NCBI GenBank assembly: GCA_976226885.1
Contig: OZ320313.1
Span: 45,880,001-45,944,000, forward strand
DNA from: Iphione sp. A-MEVVRFRX5
Lineage: Eukaryota
Reading direction: 5' to 3'
DNA length: 64,000 nt
The notes beneath the pieces are model-generated. The model did no database searches and had not been told where the DNA came from. It was given only the letters and a program-made list of their open reading frames with translations. A program made the translations under genes and the position numbers. Shown piece by piece: positions 37,526 to 50,559 of the stretch; position 1 is the stretch's first letter; every line of letters begins with the position of its first letter.

Positions 37526-40500
37526 TGATATGCAAATTTTAACTAACATTACATAAGATAAAGTGTTGTAGTTTTGTTAGACCTTTGTAATGTGTATTCC
37601 CAGCCTACACAAAGTGGCATGCTCCGGGAAGACCAGACAACAGCCAGTTGGCCCGCATGCACAGAGTGGCGGGTCTGGGTTGTCCACGCACATGGGGATA
37701 GTTATATCTTAACTGCTTGGGCTGGACCTACCACTCTCCATGCACACACTGGCAGATCTGGGAGGTTTGTGTGCTTGGGGATAGTGCTTTAAACTTAACA
37801 CCTCGCATGTATGTACCTGTAAAGTCTTCCAAATATTGTTGGTGTGTGTTGTTTCTTTATATATATATTGCTAGTACAATTGACAAAACATGTACACTAC
37901 GTCATTGCCAGAGGAGACCACATCAAGGACTATAAAAGGACACATTCGCAGGTGGTGTGAATCACCAACCGCGGATGGTGGTCTTTTGTTGCACTACATA
38001 TAAAATGTATTTTAATACAATTTCTTATTCTGACCTATGTGAACATAGTATGGCAGATCCCGATTCAGCCATGAATCATTCTTAGATTTCTGAGATTTAC
38101 TTTGTCTTACAAAAGTGAAGATACCTGACGAGATATAATTGAATGAATGAAAACATCATCAGCCGACAAACCTAACGTTACAAAACTCCAACTGACTGAA
38201 AGAAAATGCTATGCAGTGCCCCAAAGCCACACGTCGTTGACAGGTTTTGAGGTCATCTCTCCTTACTTTCGGCCCGAAGAATCCAGTTACTGTATGATTA
38301 ACAAGATCAATAATTCGCTTGTGCTCTTAGACATTAAAACACCAGCACTGCACTGTGCTCTTCTAGAGTTTTAAATGTCGTTTTAAAATGTGTATACCAT
38401 ATTAAATATGTCTGCAATGCTAAACGACAATGGTACTATACTGTCCAATGTACTGTGATGTACTGTTATTTTACAGTTAGTGTTTTACAGGGTGCAGCCG
38501 TACTGACACTGTTAGGAACAAATCGCCTGACGGCAACTTACGCACATTATAATAGAACATAATAATATAATAGAATAATTGCTATTGTCTTGACCAATAA
38601 AAACAATGCAAATCTAAGGCGAGAGAATGAAATGAATTTGAAATGGTGGAAAAAACATATCCGTTGACAAGGATCCGTACATTATATACGAGGAACCGAT
38701 TTCTTATATACTAATAGATAGCATACAGGGTATAAATCATAAAGTAGCTGCTTGCAGGCTACAACCGAATTAGAACCCGACGGTTCCTATAATGTCAATA
38801 ATTAAGGTCCATTCTGGTTGTTGTAAAGGCCACGCTGTTTGCCTATGGGAAGCCAGCAGCTCGGAGAACCTGGCTTGACGTCGTCGAATGCTTCTTTGAT
38901 ATCATAGTTCAGTCCCAGCTGAGACCCGGCTCCCTTACTCTTTACTTTTCCCAGAAGGCAGACAGCAGGAGAGTGTGGAGGGCCCGAGAGACTTCATGGA
39001 GACGGGCAGTCTCTTATAAGATATCCACTGTGTCGCCTACACCCAAAGTGGCGCCGTAGATACGTTACCCCGCTCCTGACAGCTTTCGTGCACTGCTGTA
39101 AACAGGGGAAAATACGATCCATTACGAAGTGTTTCATCAATATGTGTCTTAAATATAAGTGTACACATGAAAAATAATATATTTCGTCCGATTTTTTTGC
39201 GGTGTACCAGTAGTCTTTGATGTCTATGTAGGCCTATAAAAGAAAATGTATTTTCAACTTATTAATTATTTATGGGGAGTCAGTTTTGTATCAGGGATAA
39301 ACTGAGAATCTTGCATTGACTTTCACATTTATATTTGTACCGTCCCACTGAGGGACAACGCTCTGGTGTGGATTAAAATTAAATCTATTAATATTTTCCA
39401 CATGTAAAAACATTCAGGTGATATTTCTGTGGTTCATCTGGTTCGTTCGAACTCCTCAAATTTCCTTTCATTTGGCCGTGCGCCTGATGTCTATCGTCAT
39501 CACTCAAGTTTTAAGTTTGGTCTCCGAAACAGAACATGTTTCAAGGCATCATTACGTACCCATTGAAGGGAAGGGAGAGGAACCCGCAGGAGTCACTATA
39601 AGTCTATACGTTGACTGAGAAAAAAAATAACCTGAACCGCGTGCCATGATATCACTAAAATCAGGTGCGTTTATACCGTTTACAGTATATATGCGTTGAA
39701 ACTTCGACTATAGAAGCAAGATGGGGGTACTTGAGTATTCCTAGTGATCAATCAAGGACATTCCCATGAACACCTGTCAGAAAGCCGTGGGACACTAAAA
39801 ATTTGAGAAATAGTTCGGTCATGATTCATAAGCTCCCCTTGGTAACTTAAATAAGTCGTCTAGAGTGAAATTCTTCTTTCTGGGATGACAGGTAATGGCT
39901 TCTAATGTCGATCTACATTTGTACAACACATTGTGATATCTGAAATACCACTCAGACAATACATAAATAGGTCTCTTCTTGAAGGGATAGCCTGCCAGTC
40001 ATCTCATCTTTCCACCTATAATGATCGTCCCGCATACTTTATAATTATGTGGATGCTGCACGATTGATCTGAAGTCATATGAGGCAGCATCTGAAAAAAA
40101 ACCTATTCAACATTTATATAAAATAAACAAATAAAACTTATGGCGATTACATCAGAAAACATCCCTTAGGTGGTTTTCTATGTGCACATTATCACACATC
40201 CCGAGATGTAAGCGCAATGTGCCAGATAAACCAGGCAAAGTTAAGAACAAGTTCCTATCCATGTGTGCATACATAATGCACATGCATGTGTAAGGGTTTT
40301 TTTCTAAACAGATTTGATGGATTATCTTGCTAATAGGCTAGGTAATGTCTGGACATCTGGAAGTCATTTAAGTCTTGCAAATTCATCGGTTCCAGACAAA
40401 GCAGCTATGTCTCCGAGTGCGTAATGATATACATGGAAAAACCTCCTAGGCAAGCAAGCAGGTTTACAGCCAGTAACATTACATGTACATGTATACTAAA

Positions 40501-43500
40501 CCACTGATACTGCGTAATGGCTTCCTGTGTTTGTGGCATAAGCGACAGCAACGTCTAAGCCATACCGTTATGAGTCAACAACTGACATCCGTTGAGAACT
40601 ACGAGATCAAAGAAGCAGACGTAGAGCTATTTGCTGGGCCGTGGCAGGTCTGACAAAGGTTATTTCCCGAAAAGGAGACACGAGCCAATGCTTGCAAGCA
40701 CCTAATCAAAAAGGACATTCTTAAATAATGCATTCCCCACTATTATGTGCACTTGGCTTGCATGACGCCCCTAGTGCAAAAAAAATACTCTTTCGGGGAG
40801 GAAGCGTCCTGATATATGTATATATTGCCTACATATGTATCTAAATGTTTATTGGTTTATTACTTTATCAATGCGAGATAGGTACATGTGTGATATGAAA
40901 CGGCGAGCCAATGTCTTTTTTCTTCTCAGCGTTTCACTTTTTCGGGAAATAAATACGGCATGTGAATGGATTTTTTTGTTATTCTTAAATGTTGCCTCAG
41001 TTTGTAGTCGTTATTGCAACTTATATTTTTTTAAACCTTTTTATTCAACCGGAGAAACAACATAAAGTATTTACGTCCAGTATCTTCCTCTCGATAAAAG
41101 GGGAAGATATATTGCTCTCTTTATCTGTTCATAGCACGGCCAGGCTACACAAATGAATGTTGTATGAAAACATTATTTCTAAATATCAAGGAAGTGGCAA
41201 AGCATTCCAGCCAGTTAGGAATTAGATACAGGACATTACATTCCGGGTACTGGGATGACCGCACCTGAAGACAGCGTAATGTTTCTGGTAACGACTCTCT
41301 ATTGACGCCATTTTAATGGTATGGCGCCAAACACAGCTTGTCCCAAACCATGTTGGCTGCGCCTGGCAGACCAGCTGTCTCTGTTGCCTCCTCCACACAA
41401 ATAAAATAGCAGAAAATAGACACAGAGGTAACTGTTTGTGTTTGTGTGTACGAGGAGAGTCAATGCGAAACGCCGTTTTTTCGTGTAACTGGGGAGATAA
41501 GAGGTAGGGCTTACATTAATAATGATGTCCTCGAGGTAAATGCAGTGCACTACTTTCCATTGTACTATTTCGCCTGGATCATTGTTTTTGTTAATGTGCC
41601 CCTGCGATAGATTTTAGAAAGATTTATTACCCAGGTAGAAAAGTACTTTTCTGCACAACTTATGTTGCCTAACCTTTAGAAATGCTGTTTGATATATTAT
41701 AGTCGTGACCTGTCAGTTAGAGAGAGACTCGACAACCTGATAACCAAATTAGCTGGACTCGACTTGAAGAACAAATGTATTTTAGTTAATATTTGTACAG
41801 TTTAACCAGAAGTCATTATCCATATCCACACTGTAGGGTGGCATTCACTTGTTTTTGGTCAAGTTTTTCGGAGTCCCATCCAAAAGGAGGAAGGCTTCCT
41901 GCACTCGCATAACCTCTTTACCATAGCAGTCCTTCTGATTGTGATGTAAACCCATCTTTTCCCAATCGGGCATTCAGTGTCGGCTGCAATTCCATTACTA
42001 CTGCACACATCTAAATAGGTTACTTAATTACTAAATAGGTTACAAGAGATTGGACATTGTAACAGAATCGAATTCAAAATAAAGGTGTACATGTAAATGC
42101 CATCCAAGTAAGGAATCTCTCAAGAATAAACAACACGGACAGTTGTTTCAATTTCCCATGAACACAGCAACTTTAAGTCGGTCACTCTCATCAACAGGAT
42201 TTTTAACAACAAACGAGGTACTTCAAAACAACTTAGAAAACAGGTGGGTGTCTTAGGATACCTGTTACATAGTGGAAAAAACTGTCACCTTTGAATAACT
42301 TATAATGGTACTGTAACCTGAAACGTCAATGTGGAATCGCTCTATGATATTAAATTGTTTGCTTCATATCACAGGTAGTGGGCATAATCAGTTAAAATTA
42401 ATTCTGATATCTGCACATTACTTACTAGTCAGGCTTCCATGGAACTCTGTTGATATGTGCAGAGTACTCGCAGAATCAATTGTTTTCACATGGGGTCTTT
42501 TTGTAGCCAGTCTGATGCCTTTGACTCTCCTGCAATAAGATTAAATGTTAATTTAAACAGCTTGTCACACGCCATGACTATGAAGGTTTTTTCCTTTATG
42601 TATATAAGATCCCCGGTCAAAATAAGAGTTCGGCATTGCTCCAAGTATTTTGACATTTTCGGCATTAGCTAATATGGACAGGCCTAGTCCACACTTAGTT
42701 AACACTTAGTGCCACCATTTGCAATGTGTCATAATATTATATCATGGGACATATGAGAGTCATGCATAATCACACAGAAGGAACTTATCTTATACAGCAT
42801 TCTTCGTAGTGCATATTGGATACATCTCATGGCATAGTTAGGTTGGGAGGAGGAATGGTAGAGGAGGTTGGAGTACTCTTAATGATGTGTATTATCCTAC
42901 ACGGTAGTCATAGGAACCCTCCTGAAACTGCTGGAATACATGTCAAGCTGCGGAGAGTTAGAAGACAAAGCAGGTATAAATCGCCACTTCCTTCTTGGCT
43001 AGAAAATCCTCCTATTCAACCATAGGGATGACCCAGACAGAATGAGAACACATTTAACAATAGATAGTAGGATTCTCGGGCTTGACTGGAGGGAGTACCA
43101 GCAGTGTATGTACTGAATGTTAACGTTTGTGATAAAATATCAAATAAGATTGCAACATTTCTATATGCCTTCTGTCATTTTAGTGTACAAAGCACTTATG
43201 GCTCAAGATCGTGGAATTTATTTTGCTTGAAAAGCCCAGTTGCAGTGTAGGTCTCCATTTGCCTTTCATGAATCAAGATTTAGCATGATATCTTGCTTTC
43301 CAGTTTCGTCAATCTTGATACAATGTATATTGAAACTAACCCTACACCTCCTTCTACTGACACTGAACATGCATAAATCATTTTAAGGAGGTATTAGGGA
43401 GTTAAAACCCAGTAAACGCTTTGAGCTTCCATAAAGAGAAGTGGATGATGAGGGTGAATGTACGCTAAGAGGGTGAGAGAATTTGTAACACAGAGATGTA

Positions 43501-44215
43501 AAGCTACTGTATTGAATGTAAAGTGTACAGATATAATTACACAAACTGAAGACTCTATGAGTATATTGTAAAGAGCAATAGCACCACGGTGCCTACAGAA
43601 TCATAGACAGTCATGCGAAGTGTACTCTGTGAACTCTCAGGTTGCTGGTGCCTATGGACCCGTAGCCATTCTGTGGTAAAATGTACTTGATGAACCCTGA
43701 GATTGGTAGTGCCTACTGCACCATAGGCAAAGTTAGGGTCAGAGGTGACCTTGGCCCCTGATTTCCCAGGCCTCTGCTATATTGTAACTACTCGCTCTAA
43801 GCTGATTGGTATAGAACAACAACATAGAAGATATTGTATTCATTTCATTCCATCACTAGATACACTGTTGCTGTCTCTATTGGTCACATGTTGGTTTGGT
43901 ATAAATATGGGTCATGTGTGGCTAATAAAACAGTCTGCACTTGGAGCTCTTGAGTGGAACTTGTTGCTTTGAGAATGCTAAACTGAACAAACCCACTTGA
44001 ACTTACTTAAGGGTTGATACTTGGAAGGATTTACACTGGATAACTGGTGGGACAACTAAAGCAGTGGACTAGCAGCCAATAGGAGGATTACTTCCAAGTG
44101 GGAAAGTCAACAAAGAAATTACAATATAGTGCTTGAATAATAATTTTCAAATTCACTCATGCTTCTGAGAATGTACATGAGAGTATGCTGTTGTTTTGAT
44201 CAATAAGTTGTTATC

Positions 44216-44449
44216 ATGGTTATGCCCAATATCTATTTAATGAATGAGTGTGTGGTCCAATACAACCCGACTCCGACGGCCAAACAAGACAGAGGGGATG
44301 ACCGTAGGGTGCCACCGAAGTGGGTACCTGCCTCAGAGGTACTGTACGATCATTGGATGATCGTGCAGAAGTTGAACCAAGACGTTGCGGATGTCATGGA
44401 TGCTGAGATGAGGAGACAGGGCATTCGCATGCCCAAACGTACAAATTAG
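44216..44449 (+). CDS. Short coding-like ORF or exon fragment, unidentified
   Basis: The GC-richer segment 44260-44449 reads QYNPTPTAKQDRGDDRRVPPKWVPASEVLYDHWMIVQKLNQDVADVMDAEMRRQGIRMPKRTN*. No convincing splice acceptor. Confidence 0.2.
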   Translation: MVMPNIYLMNECVVQYNPTPTAKQDRGDDRRVPPKWVPASEVLYDHWMIVQKLNQDVADVMDAEMRRQGIRMPKRTN

Positions 44450-46257
44450 ATTGATAGGACGTTTTGTTGTGATATTTATGATTATGCCGTCTGCAAGACT
44501 GTTTGAACTGTGATATAACTTATTCCGTACCACCGATTTGTTCACATTAGAACGTTCCCTTCAGAGTCGCCTGTGTGACGGGACAGTTATTATTTACAGA
44601 CGCCGTATTGGCCTCTAGAGACAGAGACTTTATTTTCCAGAGATGGACCCGTTTTTTAAAATAAGTAATAATTAACTATTTCAAGTTTCAACTAATTCTC
44701 TTATCTACGCATAGTAATTTCCAGCAGAACCACATTAACAAGGAAAGGTTTAGATATTCTAGCATCAGACTTTTTCAATGACAGAAGTACACTGGACTGA
44801 GTTAAAGCTTAGAGATATTGAGAGCACCCTAAGAGCTCATTTTTCCTACCTCAGAGTACTAGATTTTTAGATATTTACTCCTGAAGAAGAACCTCCATTG
44901 TTCGAAACGTTGGGAATTAAAAAACAACTAAAACGCAATTCACTGTGTTGTGTTAGTATGTTCATCTTTATTATAACATCTATTTAATGAATATCTTGAA
45001 ACGCATTGGTTATTAATGGGAAATGACCATTTTTTAAGATGTTGTCCAGGGTACTACCCTTCTATGTTCTTTGAACGAGACAACGTCTAGATCCATCTTA
45101 AGAAATAATCGGTACTCCACTTGTGCAGATAATACATATGCATACTCTAAGTTAATGAACTAGATGTATTTGAGGTATATAATAAGGCGGTGTTTGTGTC
45201 CTCTTCAGATTTGCTCGCTTAGGTCCACTTGAGACTGTAACATACATCAGAAATAAACCAAGGATGAGCAGAACCTGTTGGTGAAGTAGCGTTAATAGTT
45301 TTTTTTATCAAATTTTCTAACTCTGCTCTTAATATAATGGAAATTCACTCCCAAATGCAGTATGCCTGAGTTCACACACCTGTGTATTGATCTCTCACTT
45401 GAATGATTAACATCCTTATACGTTTACTTATTCTGATTCTACTTTTGGCAAGTAGGACACTGTCCATGATAAGGGGACACGCCTCTGAATGAGGGCAGTG
45501 TTACTGGGACATTGTACTGTAAAGAACACAGAGTAGCACCAGATTACCTGTTATCCACTAGGATTACTCAAGGTAATGGCCTGCCGACGTCTAGCCACGG
45601 CATGCCCATCGTGACCCTGAATATCACACTTCTTGCTTTCTGACACTACAGGGCTTATGTAAAAAAAATAATTGCGCCTTAGGCGTGGTTTACATAGAGC
45701 TGAGAATACTCTTCGCATTTGTAACTCACCTGTCCTATAACGGCGTGTCAGAAGAACAGGACTTACTAAAGGGCAAATGCTGAACTTTCCTATAGATTAT
45801 GATGACTATTTATATCAGTAAAAGTGACCATGGCAAAATTGAACAAGTCTATAGCGATACACACATGCAAACCATTCACTGTAAGTCACACCCAGACAAC
45901 TGTGTTTGTGGCTCATTAAAGCTTTCTAAGTTCATGTTTCTTTAGGGTCTTCCGATAAAACTGGAAGGATGTTTAAATAAACCGTTTAAATATAGAAAGA
46001 AAACCATTGAAATGGTCGTTAATTGTGCTTAATAAAAATTGATCTTAGAAACCAATATGATACCGAGGACTGCCGTTTTGTAAATTAACGGACTTTGGTA
46101 GCATTGAACTGAGGGCCTAGTTTAGATGATGTGACGCGTAAATATAGCTTCAACTCAACCACTCCACCCTCTGGTCACTGCGAGTTCTCTTAAATACGGA
46201 AGCAGCACACTAGTCACTGCAGTCAGGTAGCAAATAAAAGATGTTACTAAGAGAAGC

Positions 46258-46359
46258 ATCTCTCTCCTTCTCTCAATCTCTCTCGCTTTCTGTCGCCCCC
46301 TTCTCTGTCTCTGTCTCTTTCACTCTTTCTCTCCTTGGCTCCCTCCCTCAATCTCTGTT

Positions 46360-46392
<33 letters not shown>
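46258..46392. repeat. (CT)n-rich microsatellite
   Basis: Directly visible pyrimidine tract ending in perfect (CT)n. Confidence 0.9.
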
Positions 46393-48181
46393 CTCATCGT
46401 TCCTTCTCACCAGCTAGGTGAAAACCTCTTTCCCTCCCATTTGCGGCACTGATAAATTAATATATGTCGTTTTTTTATGCTTTATGATTCATTGCCAGCT
46501 TCAAGTTGCTACTACACATAATGGCAATTTTATTCATAGAGATGTTTGTTCAGATAAACATAGAACGAATATGTTTAGACACCGTAACAGTTATCTGAAG
46601 GTCATCTATCAAACACTACTCCATATTGGATTTATACATCCCTGACGTAAAGAAGCCCCGTATCTTTATTTGAAGTACATTAACTTCGACCAGCCCAGTG
46701 AACAACCCGGAGAAGGGACGACTTCTCGCAGAATGGATTGCCATTGTGTAACGTTACGTTCGATTTAACTCCAGCATTGAATATTGGACTATTCGTAATT
46801 CGCATTCACAAAAGGTCTGCCAATTACTCCATCTGAGATGAAGAACGATGAAGGTAACGAGGTGGGACGCCACTGGCAAATATATTATTTTGAAGTGATG
46901 GCTGCCAGCTCCACAAAACCTTCTCAAGTATCTTTCCATAGGGGAGATGCAGAGTCATTGTTATTTTCGCACACTAACATTACAGTCCATTTCTGATGTT
47001 TTCTGTAGGAGCTAAGCGTGTCCATGGCAAATGCCTGCCTGCAAACAACTGTTCGTTGTTGCATGAGATCTGGGCTCCATCAGGTTTTAGCTTGTCTTGA
47101 TCTCTTGATCTTGCTACTGTCTTGCACTTGTGTGTTACAGTGATCCTAGTGGATGTATAGCTAAGGGACGATAAATTAGAACGTCCAAAAATTTATCGCA
47201 TCTTACCCAGATTCTGCGTGATCATAATATTATATATACCATATTATCTAAGCCAAGGACAGTGATGGATATATGACATGTAAAACGGAACGTCAGCGTT
47301 AGACAAATGAAGCACCGTTCAACCAATCGTCGTACGTTGCTGTGTTTATGACTGTTTACTTGAGCTCAGGACTACGTCACATGCTGGATGAACCCCCCGT
47401 TAGATATTGACTCAGTTGCTAAGTGTTGATATCTGTGTATCGTCTCCAATCCTTGCGCTTATTTTCTCATCATATATATACCGGTTCCGGATCCTTCTCA
47501 AGATTTATGCTACAACAAAAATATTGGCGATTCCTAGTAGGTGTTAACTTCAGATTGGAGTCTTTGGTGCTGACGACTATGCACGTTGGTACCCTTATTT
47601 ACAATTTTGACAGTCACGCCTATTATTCATGTGAAAATCACCACACTAGATGTACTACCGAGTTAGCTTATTAGGCCAACATCATTATCGGTCATCAGGT
47701 TGCCGGGCGAAAACATGTTACTTTAGATTCCACACCCAGTCCGTGTAGGACTGGAAGACGACGTATAGTATTACCTTCCTCAGGCCTAAAGGAGATTCTC
47801 CTAATAATTACATACAGAGTACGATTGCAAGGGTTTCCTATGACAGTACTGAAGCTGTGACTGCCATAATTCGTCAGCCTGACAACAAATGTATTACCTC
47901 ACCAAGGTGTCGCTATATCACATGCACACTATCACTACATTATGCCGAACCTGATACCTAGTGTCATATGGGCTACTCTGATGGTTTCCAAATATCACAG
48001 GCATGCCTTTGTGATATGTTTTGGCTTATCTCCCATGGGTGCTCCAAATTTGCATTTATTCACAGGTTTGGCTGAGATTAATCCAGTTACATTTGCTGTT
48101 CGGTTATGGTGGGGATGTAGCAGAGTCGAGTGATGATGGCGACTTTCCTTGGAACGCCGTGATTTTGTCCTCTAGCTGGAA

Positions 48182-48236
48182 ATGTCTCTGCTCCTTCGTC
48201 TCCTACTGGCTGTGGTGCTGAATAGCGAAACTATTG
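48182..48236 (+). CDS. Candidate first coding exon encoding a signal peptide (MSLLLRLLLAVVLNSETI-G)
   Basis: Acceptor ttttgtcctctag just 5' of the ATG at 48182, hydrophobic 18 aa, phase-1 donor G|gtatgg at 48237. Downstream exons were not identified. Confidence 0.35.
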
Positions 48237-50559
48237 GTATGGCATTTCGAGTATGTGGTTTCTTGCTTTGCTACCTAGTAGTGTCTTTGTAATGACTGTT
48301 CTGAAGTATGTGTCTATGTCTTATCATAGTCCAGGAGATGCACGCACTGCGTGCTAATGGTGACTTGCCAATGGTGAATTTACCGTGGCTGTGCTACCTT
48401 TCTCAGTTTATACCTGCTATGTCTGGTCTCCGTCCACCTGTGTGAGAGATGCTTACTCATGGGATCCTATGCGTGAGTAGGCCTATGTGTTTCTTTTCTA
48501 TGATTTCTCGGATGTTCCCTACCGGCATTTATTGTTCATTGAGGAAGGCGTGCGGTGACGGGCCTATACGCTGAATACCATAAGCACGGAAAATGAGCTC
48601 TGTGGTAAAATAAATGGTCAGTAGGGTACGTAGTCTAAGCTAAAAGTGCACGAAGGGTTGAAGAATGTATGTTTCTCTCAGTTGACTGAGGACGCTTTTC
48701 CCTTGGTAATCCCTTCACCATAGATTGTTTCCAACGGCTGTGCACCCCAGTTCAACTTGATCTTTCAAAAGAAACAGACATTTGGTGACAGCGAATGATA
48801 CTGGATGAAAATGGATAACATAACCCTTTTAAAACTGAACATGAAATAGTCCTTAAAAGGGAACGGCCTTCTCTGATGCCGTTATAGTGAGCTAGGTGGG
48901 CAGATATATGGTGCAAATCGTCTTTACATAATGAGGTTGAATATATTCAAGGAGTAACTACCACACTTTGTCCTAAGGTGCTCATGCCTTGGGAGAATGG
49001 CGGCATAGCAAGGTACCATGTTAACCTCCCCTTCGAGTTCAGAGGATGCACCTATAACTGAATAATATATAACTAAATCTAAGTACAGACAATTTCTAAA
49101 ACCACGCCCTCGAAAACTGAAAAATACAATGACTGAACACATTTCCCTAGAGCGGTTCATATTTTCTCTAAATGAGATCAGATACCAAAATTATTCACTT
49201 TCCCCATACGAACGGTTATATTTGGGATTGAATTAAAAGTCTCATGTGCAATACAGAGGTTTTCATGAAAAATAAACAGGTGCAAACTTTTACAGTGTGG
49301 GCAAGAAAAAGAATGAGTGTGAGGAATACAGTCCTCTAGGGGCATTCTTCAAGTGGGCAGGACGTCACAGTGGCTGATAAGACTGGTACCCTTAGTCAGA
49401 TGTGGGTCAGCTTGCAAGGGGTGGAGGTGAAATTGGTGGGTTTCCCTCTTTGAGCTATTGTAATGTTTAGGCATAGAATGAACATTTGGCAATGATTGCA
49501 ATGCTAATTCTGACATTATAATGAACACACATGTAGAACTACCTTCAGATTAAGTGCATATGTTAAAATCATCATTGGTTTGTTTTTAGTAGCCCTAAGA
49601 GCTCACATAAGAATATGCAGAAACTCCCTGATTATCACCCACTTTTCACCTCTGTAATATTTTTGCTGAATAAAAACACTTAGAAAGGGATAAGACTTGT
49701 GACACTAACTTGATCATTTGGATTAAGGATAAACTTATACATTTTTCACAATAGATTCCTATTAAGCCACTGAAATCTTTATTAATTTTGGTCTGACAGC
49801 TCTTTGTTTATATCCTACTGGTAGAAAGTACCCGGATTCCCCACTCCAAGAATTAGCCTGCCCTTCCCTGGATAAGGCGATTAGGTCAGTAATCTCACTG
49901 ATAGCATACATGTACATGAAGTGTCTTGAGTAAATAAACCAATAAACATGCAATTGTTGTTCCACCTTATTGCTTGGTATTCTTGAGGGGCTTTGTCCTC
50001 TGGGCTGGACAATAGTTGGGTGGAAGAAAAAAGAATTACTCACAGATTAGTAGACTAGATTGTGGATATAGCTGTGAGATAAAACCCTCCATCTGGTCCT
50101 CATTATCACAGTTCACATATCATAGTGGCATATAAAATATATAGGTGTGTAATGCGAGAATGGTAATCGCTTAGATGGGAATCATGAAACAACACTGCTA
50201 TTTTTGCAATCACTACGACTTGATCCCAAATCACAGATAAGCAAATAATCCTAACAGTGTGGGTGACACCATGTAGCTCTTAAAGTGGCAAATCATCCCT
50301 TGGGTTTCTAATTGGGGTAAAAGTCTGCTAACTATTTAAGGACAGTCTCACTACAAATTGATAGATTACTAACAAGAATCCTACTATGATAATTATTACT
50401 GGTACAGGTCAGGGTCAAGAGAAGCAATAAAAACTTTTGTGAGGAGTAAAGTCGAGAGTGGGTCCAATTTGTCAGATTATGGCAGTGTTAGTATACAGTT
50501 ATATAATCAGAAGGAATACACACAGTTCCTAGTACTGCATGGGAAGGGGATCAAAATCA

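Noticed and set aside
37590-37700. C-type-lectin-like YTKWHAPGRPDN
   Set aside because: The frame stops within about 20 codons, lacks WND/Cys motifs and lies within a repeat structure.
32300-47000. Scattered exon-like snippets (33640-33790, 36070-36180, 38830-39060, 39560-39620, 40570-40650, 46640-46900)
   Set aside because: Each has some splice or codon signal, but strands conflict and no consistent gene model or domain could be built by eye.
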